From an uncultured Bacteroidia bacterium (lineage in GTDB: Bacteria; Bacteroidota; Bacteroidia; Bacteroidales; UBA932): DNA of 64,000 nucleotides. Below, one piece after another: positions 38,491 through 46,762 of the stretch. The stretch spans positions 20 to 64,019 of the forward strand of contig CADBPR010000030.1 of NCBI GenBank assembly GCA_902796555.1. The letters are read 5' to 3'. The number at the start of each line of letters is the position of its first letter. Positions within the stretch are counted from its first letter, which is position 1. The notes below the pieces were generated by a model. It searched no databases. It saw only the letters and a program-made list of their open reading frames with translations, and was not told where the DNA came from. A program made the position numbers and the translations under genes.

Positions 38491-39570
38491 ATGAAGCCTT
38501 CTTCTTCCGGGGCCCTTGCCGCAGCGGCAATCCTCACCCTTACCCTGTCTTCCTGTGAAGCTCTTTTTCCGGAGCGCAAAGGCGAACTCCGGCTGCACTT
38601 TGCGGGCGGCGAATATACGGCCAGCAAAGCCACGGACGCCGCCTTGCCCGACACCAGTTCCTTTCTGCTGACGATTACCGATGAGCTGGGAGCGACCCTC
38701 TACGACGGCTCCTTCGGGGCCTCCCCCGGCACCCTGCTCGTCGACCCGGGCACCTATGACATCCGCGTGCGTTCCGCGCATTTTGACAAACCGCGCTTTT
38801 CCGCGCCTCTATTCGGGGACGACCAGTGCGTGGTCGTTCCGGCCGGGAAGGTAACGGATGTCCGGCTCCGCTGCCGGCAGGTCAATGCCGGCATCCGGCT
38901 GAACATTGCACCCGATTTCCTGACGGCATGTCCGGACGGGGTTCTGTATGTCGCCTCCGATGCGGGAAAGCTGCTCTACACCTACCGGGAAAAACGGATT
39001 GCCTACTTCCTGCCGGGTGCCGTGTCCATTCTGCTGAACCGGTCCGGGGTGGAAAAGCCGGTATTCACGCGCAACCTCGCGGAACAGGAGGTACTGACGG
39101 TCGCGGTGTCCGCCGTTGCAGCAAGCGATAACGGAACGGGCGGCCATCTGTCCATCGCTGTCGATACGACCCGCAACTGGACCAGCGACGCCGTCGTCAT
39201 CGGCCGGGACGGCGCCAGCGGGGCCGAGGCGGAAGGAGCCCTGGATATCGGACGGGCCCGGGAACATATCGGAGCGCAGGACGTCTGGGTCTACGGCTAT
39301 ATCGTCGGAGCCTTCAAAACCGGCGGCAGTCTGGTCTGCGAAGCTCCTTTCCCCTCCGCCACCAACCTGGCGATTGCCGCCAGGCCTTCCGTCTCGGCAA
39401 AAGAAGACTGCCTCTCTGTCGAACTGAAGAAAGGCAGTCTCCGTGATGAACTCAATCTCGCAGAACATCCCGCTTACAAAGGCCGGAAGGTCTTTCTCAA
39501 AGGGGACATCGTCGAGCTTTATTTCGGCGTTCCGGGCATCAAAAGCATCTCGGAATGGCAGTTGGAATAG
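38491..39570 (+). CDS. Lipoprotein with DUF4493-like N-terminus and DUF6359-like (OB-fold) C-terminus
   Basis: Lipobox LSSC; VWVYGYIVG...TNLAIA...CLSVEL...LRDELNL..HP...GRKV.LKG...YFG.PGIK. Confidence 0.7.
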   Translation: MKPSSSGALAAAAILTLTLSSCEALFPERKGELRLHFAGGEYTASKATDAALPDTSSFLLTITDELGATLYDGSFGASPGTLLVDPGTYDIRVRSAHFDKPRFSAPLFGDDQCVVVPAGKVTDVRLRCRQVNAGIRLNIAPDFLTACPDGVLYVASDAGKLLYTYREKRIAYFLPGAVSILLNRSGVEKPVFTRNLAEQEVLTVAVSAVAASDNGTGGHLSIAVDTTRNWTSDAVVIGRDGASGAEAEGALDIGRAREHIGAQDVWVYGYIVGAFKTGGSLVCEAPFPSATNLAIAARPSVSAKEDCLSVELKKGSLRDELNLAEHPAYKGRKVFLKGDIVELYFGVPGIKSISEWQLE

Positions 39571-39573
39571 ATA

Positions 39574-42474
39574 CTAATAGCCGAAAATCTCATCCAGGGT
39601 CAGGATTTTCACCGGGCCGAGGGTCCGGAGGAAGTCCATATCCAGGTCGGCGGTATCGCCCAGGATGCCATAACGGTACACCCGGTCCTTAATCCACTCT
39701 TCCTGGGTATCGGCCAGGTCCTCCAGCGTCAGGGACGGAAGTTGCTCGAACACCCGTTTGTCACGGTTCTCGTTCACACCCATTTCCCGGTCGGACAGAT
39801 AATTCATCAGGACGGAATAGCCGACGGTACGCTGGGTACGCAGCCGGGTGTCCAACGCGGTCTTGGCAATGGCGAAGGCCTTGTCGGAACGAGGCATGTC
39901 GTTGATAATCTCATCGAAGGCTTCCACCGCCTGGCGGAGCTTGTCATTCTGCGAACCGATGGAAGCGGTGAAGCTGTAGGTATCGCCGATAAAACGCGGC
40001 TTGTACAGATAGGCGCCGGCGCTGTATGCCAGGGCACGGGATTCGCGCATTTCCTGGAACACGATGGTATTCATGCCGCCGCCGAAGTATTCATTGAAAA
40101 GGTCGATGCGGGCGTCTTCGGCGATATCGAAGGTCTCGCCCCGGTTGGAATACTGTACGTAGTTGAACTGACGGGCCTCATAAGGGGCAATCAGCACTTC
40201 CGGACGCTCGACCTGCAGCCGGCGGGCATGCTTGCGCTCCAGGGGCTGGAGTACCTCCGGTACAGCATGGTGACCGGACAGGGTCAGACGCAGGCCTTCG
40301 CTGGAATCGGGACCGTAATACAGCACACGGTGGGCGCAATCCAGCAGTTCCCGTACCGATGCGAGCAGGGTCTCCCCGTCCAGGGCCGCCACCTGGTCAT
40401 TCCGCAAGGTGGTCTGCGCGATGTATTCCGGTCCGTACTGCAAGTATTGCTGCAGGGCGCGCTGACAGGCCCGCTGGTTGAACTTGTTGTCCATACGTGC
40501 CTTCAGTTCATCCGCCTTCATGGCTGCCAGAATCTCCGAATCCGGGCTGGCATTGCGCAGCAGGTCCTCCACGATATCCAGCGCTTCTCCCAGGTGCTCA
40601 TTCAATCCGGAAACCGTAATCCGGGTCTGGTTTTCACCGACACCGGCTCCCCAGCTGCAGGCCAGGCCATACATCTGGCGGGCAATCTCTTCTGCGCTGC
40701 GGTTCGCCGTTCCCAGATAGTCGATATAGCGGAAGGCGAAGGACAGCGCCGGATTGTCCAGCAGGCCTTTGTCGAAGACAAAACTCAGGTACGCAATGTC
40801 ATTGTTTTCATTCTGCTTATACAGGACTTCCAGTCCGTTCTGGCTGAATACGGACATTTCTTTGTCATAATCGACGAAGACCGGCTCAATCGGCGCAACC
40901 GGGGTCTCTTTGACGGCGGAGAGGAAGGCGCTTTCCTTGTCGCGGTTGGTGACAATCGGCGTAATCTTCGGCGCGTCAATCTTATAGATATTCTTGTCTT
41001 CGCCGATATGCTTGTAGACGAGGGCATAATTGTTTTCGCCCAGATAGGTGTTGGCCCAGCGGACCACATCTTCCTTCGTCACTTTTTCCAGGCGGGCCAT
41101 CTGATCCACGTCATATTTCCAGTCATGACGGGCGATGAAGGACTCGACGAACTTCATGGCCCGGCTGCGATTGCTTTCCAGGGCATTCATTTCGGCGAGC
41201 TTGAGGTTGGCGACGGCGGCATTCACCAGCGAAGCGTCAAAATCGCCGGCGCGCAACTTGGCCACTTCGGCCAGAATCAGGTCGCGCACTTCGGTCAGGC
41301 TCTGACCGTCCTGCGGCATACCTTCCAAAATCAGGGTACCATGGTCGGTGCGGCCATAATCAAAACCATAGGCGCCGAGCACCTGCTGCTGTTGGTTCAG
41401 GTCCAGGTCCATCAGGCCGGCCATGCCGTTGTACAGGATGGAATTGACAATACCGGACAGTTCGCTGTCGGGATGATTTACGCCGGGATAGCGCCATGCC
41501 AGCATGACGAATTCCGCTTCAGTGCCGTACACGTCCTTTTCAACGGGTGCAGTCAGCGGGGCCTCTTCCTTGATGTCCAATACCGGGACCGCCGGATTGG
41601 GCTGCCAGTCACCGAAGTACTTTTCAATGATGGAGACAAAGGTGTCGGGGTCGAAATCGCCCGAGACGCAGATGGCGCAGTTGTTCGGGACATACCAGGT
41701 TTCTTTCTGCTTCAGAATCGCGGTGATGGAGGGATTCTTCAGGTGGTCCTGGGTACCGATAACGGTCTGCGTACCATAAGGATGGCTGGGGAACAGCACC
41801 GACGATATCATATCCATCGCCTTCTCGCCGTCGTCGTTCAGGCCGCGGTTCTTCTCCTCATAGACAGCTTCCAATTCGGTATGGAACCCCCTGACCACCA
41901 TGTTTTTAAAGCGGTCGGACTGGATTTTGGCCCAGTTCTCCACCTGGTTGGAAGGAATGTCTTCGGTGTAGCAGGTAACGTCGTCGGAGGTGAAGGCATT
42001 GGAACCTTCGCTCCCAATCAGCGACATCAGCTTGTCGTATTCGTTGGGTATGGCGATTTTGGAAGCCTCATAACTGACGGAATCAATCTGACGGTAGATA
42101 GCTTCGCGTTCGGCCGGGTCGGTCTTGGTGCGATAGACATCGTACAGGGCTTGAATCTGGTCCAGAAGGGGCTTTTCGGCAGCATAATCCGAGGTGCCGT
42201 ACTGCTGCGTTCCTTTGAACATGATATGCTCCAGATAATGCGCCAGGCCGGTGTTGTCGGCCGGGTCGTTCTTGCCGCCGACACGGACGGCAATATAGGT
42301 TTGCAGACGCGGGGTCTCTTTGTTGACGGTCATATAGACCTTGAGCCCGTTGTCCAGGGTGTAGATTTTCGTACCCATCGGGTCCCCTGCAACCGTTTCG
42401 TAATGATATCGGCCGCAAGCTGCAGCGGTCAGCATCGTCAGCACCACTACAGCAGTTTTCAAAATTCTGCTCAT
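39574..42474 (-). CDS. M16 family (insulinase-like) zinc peptidase, lipoprotein
   Basis: Lipobox AAAC; TGLAHYLEHIMFKGT (HxxEH), NAFTS, YVPNN, RESRALAY; ends EIFGY. Confidence 0.93.
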   Translation of the reverse strand: MSRILKTAVVVLTMLTAAACGRYHYETVAGDPMGTKIYTLDNGLKVYMTVNKETPRLQTYIAVRVGGKNDPADNTGLAHYLEHIMFKGTQQYGTSDYAAEKPLLDQIQALYDVYRTKTDPAEREAIYRQIDSVSYEASKIAIPNEYDKLMSLIGSEGSNAFTSDDVTCYTEDIPSNQVENWAKIQSDRFKNMVVRGFHTELEAVYEEKNRGLNDDGEKAMDMISSVLFPSHPYGTQTVIGTQDHLKNPSITAILKQKETWYVPNNCAICVSGDFDPDTFVSIIEKYFGDWQPNPAVPVLDIKEEAPLTAPVEKDVYGTEAEFVMLAWRYPGVNHPDSELSGIVNSILYNGMAGLMDLDLNQQQQVLGAYGFDYGRTDHGTLILEGMPQDGQSLTEVRDLILAEVAKLRAGDFDASLVNAAVANLKLAEMNALESNRSRAMKFVESFIARHDWKYDVDQMARLEKVTKEDVVRWANTYLGENNYALVYKHIGEDKNIYKIDAPKITPIVTNRDKESAFLSAVKETPVAPIEPVFVDYDKEMSVFSQNGLEVLYKQNENNDIAYLSFVFDKGLLDNPALSFAFRYIDYLGTANRSAEEIARQMYGLACSWGAGVGENQTRITVSGLNEHLGEALDIVEDLLRNASPDSEILAAMKADELKARMDNKFNQRACQRALQQYLQYGPEYIAQTTLRNDQVAALDGETLLASVRELLDCAHRVLYYGPDSSEGLRLTLSGHHAVPEVLQPLERKHARRLQVERPEVLIAPYEARQFNYVQYSNRGETFDIAEDARIDLFNEYFGGGMNTIVFQEMRESRALAYSAGAYLYKPRFIGDTYSFTASIGSQNDKLRQAVEAFDEIINDMPRSDKAFAIAKTALDTRLRTQRTVGYSVLMNYLSDREMGVNENRDKRVFEQLPSLTLEDLADTQEEWIKDRVYRYGILGDTADLDMDFLRTLGPVKILTLDEIFGY

Positions 42475-42492
42475 GGAAAATAAAATAAAGAA

Positions 42493-42568
42493 TGGAGCGG
42501 AATGCGAGGTTCGAACTCGTGACCTGCGGCTTGGGAAGCCGCCGCTCTACCAACTGAGCTAATTCCGC
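42493..42568 (-). tRNA. tRNA-Gly (anticodon CCC)
   Basis: GCGGAATTAGCTCAGTTGGTAGAGCGGCGGCTTCCCAAGCCGCAGGTCACGAGTTCGAACCTCGCATTCCGCTCCA: 76 nt, cloverleaf, encoded CCA. Confidence 0.97.
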
Positions 42569-42585
42569 ATTTTTTTCAAAAATGC

Positions 42586-42725
42586 GCTATTCTTGGCTGC
42601 GCTCGGAAGAGTAAACAAGTTTCCTCTTCGCTCTCTTGCACAAGAATTCCGCAAGTATGGTACCTGCTATTCTTGGCTGCGCTCGGAAGAGTAAACAAGT
42701 TCCCCCCCTCTCCCTTGCACCAAAA
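42586..42725. repeat. Two tandem copies (80-bp period) of a REP-like hairpin unit with a 36-bp identical core
   Basis: GCTATTCTTGGCTGCGCTCGGAAGAGTAAACAAGTT at 42586-42621 and 42666-42701, followed by homologous tails (..CTTGCAC..). Copy 1 folds ATTCTTG..GAAGAG..CTCTTC..CAAGAAT. Confidence 0.85.
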
Positions 42726-42741
42726 GCGGCATTTTGTTCTG

Positions 42742-42749
42742 CAAATATA
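42742..42749 (-). promoter_or_regulatory. -7 promoter box (TATATTTG) for the tRNA-Gly/M16 transcript
   Basis: TAnnTTTG match upstream of the repeats and tRNA. Confidence 0.65.
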
Positions 42750-42770
42750 ATATATTTTACCTAGAATCCC

Positions 42771-42812
42771 AAAATAAAAGCGGGAAAATCGCAATCCCTG
42801 CGAATTCCCCGC
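42771..42812 (-). terminator. Intrinsic terminator (sRNA, and probably uvrD read-through)
   Basis: GCGGGGAATTCGCA-GGGAT-TGCGATTTTCCCGC followed by TTTTATTTT; the G-U pair works only on the minus strand. Confidence 0.8.
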
Positions 42813-42845
42813 ACTTAACCTAAACTTAAACTATGAAAAACTTCG
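42771..42845 (-). ncRNA. Candidate ~75-nt trans-acting small RNA
   Basis: Own -7 box TACATTTG (42850-42857), single-stranded U-rich 5' part TTTTTCATAGTTTAAGTTTAGGTTAA, then a strand-specific terminator; no ORF on that strand. Confidence 0.7.
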
Positions 42846-42849
42846 AGGG

Positions 42850-42857
42850 CAAATGTA
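42850..42857 (-). promoter_or_regulatory. -7 promoter box (TACATTTG) of the candidate sRNA
   Basis: TAnnTTTG match. Confidence 0.65.
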
Positions 42858-42909
42858 GCGACTTTTTTTCACAAAGTCAACTCCTTTTGACAATCACCCA
42901 AAAAAATCG

Positions 42910-45321
42910 TCATTTTAGCCGGATTTTGGCATATTTGAGCAAAAGTATCTTCTCTCCGTAGCGGTCGAAATCAATCGTAGCCTTCAAATCGGCCGCCTCG
43001 CCGGTGATTTTCCGGATGCGCCCCAAGCCGAAACGGTTGTGTTCTATCCGCTGGCCCTCCTTAAGTTCGAGCACGGAAACCGGAACAAAGTCCGGGTCTG
43101 CCGGCGGGAGCGGAGGCGTCGGGACACGGGCGGGCGTGGGAATGCGGGGCCCCTGTGAAACAGGCCGGTGAACAGGTTGGGTGTCAGGCCGGACCTTCGG
43201 CTGGGTTTTCGGCGGAAAACGCCGGATGCCGGAAGCGCCAAACGAACTGCCGAAACCGCTCCCGAAAGCTTCTTCCTTGGGCAGCGGTCGGTCCAGATAC
43301 GCATCCCCGATTTCCCGGATAAAACGGCTGGGCGGATTGCTCTCGTGTTTGCCGTTGCGCATCCGAGTCGTCGCAAATGTGAGGGTAACAGCCTTCTCGG
43401 CCCGGGTCATGGCCACGTAGAACAGACGCCGCTCCTCCTCGATATCGGTCGGAGACGCCAGGAGGCCGCCGCTGGGGAAAAGGTTCTCTTCCAGTCCCGT
43501 CACGAAAACATAGGGAAACTCCAGGCCTTTGGCGCTATGGACGGTCATCAACGCAATTTTATTCGCGCTGTCTTCATCGTCCACGTCCACGGCGCTGAGC
43601 AGGGAAATATCCTCCAGGAACTCCCCGAGGGTTACGACGGGCAGATTGGCTTCGTCTATCGCGGCGCCGTCCTGGAGCTGGCCTTCCGCCATCAGGTCCT
43701 CCACATAGTCATTGTGCCGGTTCTCCACAAAAGTCTTGACACTGTTGATCAGTTCTTCGATGTTGGCGGCACGCGACTGGCTTTCGATGCTGTTGTCTTC
43801 CTTATACGAACGATGCAGACCGGCCGCCGTATTCAGCCAGGATGCGAGCAGAAAGGCATCCTCCCTGTCCGTGCGTGCATGGGCGTCCAAAATCATTTTG
43901 GCAAAGGCTTTCAACCGTTCCTGTGCAGCGTTTTTCAGCCCGAAACGGTCCAGCCCTTCCAGGAAAATCGTCTCCATCAAGGGTTTACCGGCTTCCTTGG
44001 CCGCAGCAGACAAGGCTTCCACGGTGGTGTCGCCGATACCGCGGACCGGCTTGTTGACCACCCGGCGGAAAGACTCGTCGTCGGCAGGATTGACAGCCAG
44101 TTTCAGATAGGCCATCATATCCTTGACTTCCGCACGGTCGAAGAAAGAATTGCCGGAATAAATCATATAGGGGAGGTTCCGTTTCCGGAGCGCCTCCTCC
44201 AGGGCGCGGGACTGGGCATTGGTCCTGTACAGGATAGCGAAATCCTGGTATTTGGCATGGTCGGACTGCATTCGTGCCACGATGGCGGAGGCCACCAACA
44301 AGGCTTCCTCCATCTCCGTATACGCCTGCACCAGATGAATCGGGTCTCCCGTTTCCCCGGCCGAAAAGCACCGCTTCGGAATACGGCCGATATTCTTGGC
44401 TATCAATGAATTGGCCGCCTCGACAATCGTCTTCGTCGAACGGTAATTCTGCTCCAGGCGGAAAACCTTGCTTTCGGGATAGTCCCGCTGGAAATTGAGG
44501 ATGTTCTCAATCTTGGCCCCGCGGAAGGCATAGATGGACTGGGAATCGTCCCCCACCACACAGAGATTCCGGTGGGGCTGGGCCAGTTTCTTCAGAATCA
44601 GATACTGAGCGAAATTGGTATCCTGGTATTCATCCACGAGGATGGCGTCAAAACGGGCTGCAATATCCGTCAGAGCATCCGGTACATATTGCAGCAAGAT
44701 ATTCATATTCAAGAGAATATCGTCGAAGTCCATGACCCCTGCCTGCTTCATCAGCCCCTGATAGGCGGCGTAGATGTCCACGATGTGCGGTTTTTTCGCG
44801 GCGCTGTCGTTTTTCAGCGCTTCCGGATTGGCCCGGTAGGCTTGTACCGTCACCAGGTTGTTCTTGGCCATCGATATGCGCGAAAGGACATCCTTGGGCT
44901 TGTAGACTTTGTCGTCCAGGTTCATTTCCTTGATGATGCGCTTGATGGCGCTGACCGAATCGGACGTGTCATATACCGTAAACGCGGCCGGGTAGTCCAG
45001 CCGGTCGGCATATTCCCGCAGAAAACGGATGAATACGGAATGGAAGGTTCCCATCCGCAGCCGGCGGGCCTTCCGCTCCCCTACCATCAGCGCGATTCGT
45101 TCCTTCATCTCGCCGGCCGCTTTCTTGGTAAACGTCAGCGCCAGGATGCGGTCCGGCTCCGTCCCCTGTTCCAGCAGCAGGGCTATCCTGCTGGTCAATA
45201 CCCTCGTCTTTCCGGATCCCGCACCGGCGACAATCAGCACCGGTCCCCTCGTGCAGCGCACCGCTTCCGCCTGTCGGCTGTCCAATCCTCCTAAAATCGC
45301 GTTAACATTCTCCATATTCAT
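42910..45321 (-). CDS. uvrD: UvrD/PcrA superfamily 1 DNA helicase
   Basis: AGAGSGKT, TFTKKAA, VDEYQDTN, VGDDSQSIY.FRGA, LEQNYRST, LYRTNAQ, HSAKGLEF, EERRLFYVAMTRA. Confidence 0.96.
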   Translation of the reverse strand: MNMENVNAILGGLDSRQAEAVRCTRGPVLIVAGAGSGKTRVLTSRIALLLEQGTEPDRILALTFTKKAAGEMKERIALMVGERKARRLRMGTFHSVFIRFLREYADRLDYPAAFTVYDTSDSVSAIKRIIKEMNLDDKVYKPKDVLSRISMAKNNLVTVQAYRANPEALKNDSAAKKPHIVDIYAAYQGLMKQAGVMDFDDILLNMNILLQYVPDALTDIAARFDAILVDEYQDTNFAQYLILKKLAQPHRNLCVVGDDSQSIYAFRGAKIENILNFQRDYPESKVFRLEQNYRSTKTIVEAANSLIAKNIGRIPKRCFSAGETGDPIHLVQAYTEMEEALLVASAIVARMQSDHAKYQDFAILYRTNAQSRALEEALRKRNLPYMIYSGNSFFDRAEVKDMMAYLKLAVNPADDESFRRVVNKPVRGIGDTTVEALSAAAKEAGKPLMETIFLEGLDRFGLKNAAQERLKAFAKMILDAHARTDREDAFLLASWLNTAAGLHRSYKEDNSIESQSRAANIEELINSVKTFVENRHNDYVEDLMAEGQLQDGAAIDEANLPVVTLGEFLEDISLLSAVDVDDEDSANKIALMTVHSAKGLEFPYVFVTGLEENLFPSGGLLASPTDIEEERRLFYVAMTRAEKAVTLTFATTRMRNGKHESNPPSRFIREIGDAYLDRPLPKEEAFGSGFGSSFGASGIRRFPPKTQPKVRPDTQPVHRPVSQGPRIPTPARVPTPPLPPADPDFVPVSVLELKEGQRIEHNRFGLGRIRKITGEAADLKATIDFDRYGEKILLLKYAKIRLK

Positions 45322-45345
45322 AGCGCGAAATTACTAAAAATTGCG

Positions 45346-45353
45346 TAACTTTG
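45346..45353 (+). promoter_or_regulatory. -7 promoter box (TAACTTTG) of the nqr operon
   Basis: TAnnTTTG match 39 nt upstream of nqrA. Confidence 0.7.
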
Positions 45354-45391
45354 CATGTTTTAACAGAAACAATTTTTAGTTATTTTCAATA

Positions 45392-46750
45392 ATGTCAAAC
45401 AACATCAGATTAAAAGGAGGGCTGAATATCCCGATTCAGGGAGAAGCAGCTCTGAAGACCCGTGCGTCCATCCAGCCTGACGTTGTCGCCATCCGTCCCG
45501 ACGATTTCAAGGGCCTCGTTCCGAGGCTGCTCGTGCGCGAAGGTGACAAAGTGCTTGCCGGATCCCCCGTACTGGCCGACAAGAATTGCCCGGAGATTCT
45601 GATTACCGCGCCCGTCAGCGGCACGGTAGCAGGTGTGGTCCGGGGAGACAAGAGAAAGTTGCTTGCCGTACTGATTCAGGCCGACGCCGTTCAGGAATAC
45701 GTTGATTTCGGCGCGAAGAAAGCCGACGGTCTGCAGGCGGAACAAGTCCGGGAACAGCTGCTCAAGAGCGGGCTGTGGGCCGCTATCATCCAGCGCCCTT
45801 ACGGCATCCTCGCAGACCCGTCCGTCCAGCCGAAAGCCATTTTCGTATCCGGCTTCTCGACCGCCCCGCTGGCTGCCGACCCCGACTATGCCCTCGGCAA
45901 CGAAGTGGAGGATATCCAGGCAGGCGTAAACGCACTGGCCAAACTGTCCGCAGGCGGCGTCCATCTTTCGCTTTGCGCGGACAATTACAGCGGCACTGCG
46001 TTCCACAAGATTGAAAACGTCATCCTGCACACCTTTACCGGCAAACACCCCGCCGGCAATGTCGGCGTGCAGATCAGCCACATCGCCCCCATCCGCAAAG
46101 GCGAGACCGTCTGGACGGTTTCCCTGCTCATGCTGGCGGCTATCGGCCGGCTTTTCAACACCGGAAAAGTCAACCTCGCCCGCAAGGTGGCGGTGACCGG
46201 ACCGGTTGCAAAAGATCCCGCCTATGTGGATGCCTTCCCCGGCATGCCGATGAAGGCCCTTTCCGCCTTCTACGACAATTCCAAGGGTGACATCCGTTTC
46301 GTCAGCGGTGACGCGCTCACGGGCCGCAACGCCGGTGAAAACGGCTTCCTGGGTTTCTTCGACAACCAGGTCACCCTGCTGCATGAAGGAACGGAACGCG
46401 AACTGCTCGGTTGGGCCAAACCCTTCCGCTTCAACCAGTTCAGTTCTTCCCGCGCCTATTTCTCCTGGCTCTGCCCGAAGAAGAAATATGCAATGGATAC
46501 CAACACCCACGGCGGTCCGCGCGCATTCGTCGTATCCGACGTTTACAGCAAAGTCCTGCCGATGGATATCTTCCCCGTCTACCTGATCAAGGCCTGCCTG
46601 GCCGGAGATATCGAGAAGATGGAAAATTTCGGCATCTACGAAGTGCTTCCCGAAGACCTCGCCCTGTGCGAATACGTAGATCCTTCCAAGAACGACATCC
46701 AGGCCATCATCGCTTCGGGTATCGACCAGATGATCAAGGAAATGGCATAA
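45392..46750 (+). CDS. nqrA: Na+-translocating NADH:quinone reductase subunit A
   Basis: GLNIPI.G, APVSG, HPAGNVG, PEDLALCEYVDPSK; operon order. Confidence 0.96.
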   Translation: MSNNIRLKGGLNIPIQGEAALKTRASIQPDVVAIRPDDFKGLVPRLLVREGDKVLAGSPVLADKNCPEILITAPVSGTVAGVVRGDKRKLLAVLIQADAVQEYVDFGAKKADGLQAEQVREQLLKSGLWAAIIQRPYGILADPSVQPKAIFVSGFSTAPLAADPDYALGNEVEDIQAGVNALAKLSAGGVHLSLCADNYSGTAFHKIENVILHTFTGKHPAGNVGVQISHIAPIRKGETVWTVSLLMLAAIGRLFNTGKVNLARKVAVTGPVAKDPAYVDAFPGMPMKALSAFYDNSKGDIRFVSGDALTGRNAGENGFLGFFDNQVTLLHEGTERELLGWAKPFRFNQFSSSRAYFSWLCPKKKYAMDTNTHGGPRAFVVSDVYSKVLPMDIFPVYLIKACLAGDIEKMENFGIYEVLPEDLALCEYVDPSKNDIQAIIASGIDQMIKEMA

Positions 46751-46762
46751 AGGAGAAAGATT

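Noticed and set aside
38050-38781. ORFs spanning the inverted-repeat element (also 37874-38479) as a possible transposase
   Set aside because: Low-complexity translations of hairpin DNA with no DDE/HUH motif.
39742-42483. 913-aa ORF antisense to the M16 peptidase (likewise 5135-7225, 16244-17950, 25492-27462, 45410-47908, 59844-61844, 61916-63970)
   Set aside because: Shadow ORFs caused by high GC3 codon bias: no motifs, and all lie opposite well-supported genes.
42493-42568. tRNA-Gly as an integration site bounding the PUL as a genomic island
   Set aside because: No integrase, no duplicated tRNA 3' end noticed, and PUL codon style resembles the housekeeping genes.
42586-42701. Mini CRISPR array (36-bp repeats, 44-bp spacer)
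   Set aside because: Only two copies; the sequence after each repeat is homologous and base-pairs with the repeat itself; no cas genes in the window.
42833-42910. Plus-strand small peptide starting ATGAAAAAC at 42833
   Set aside because: Only about 8 codons (MKNFEGKCS..) before low-information sequence. The promoter box and terminator polarity both point to a minus-strand RNA.
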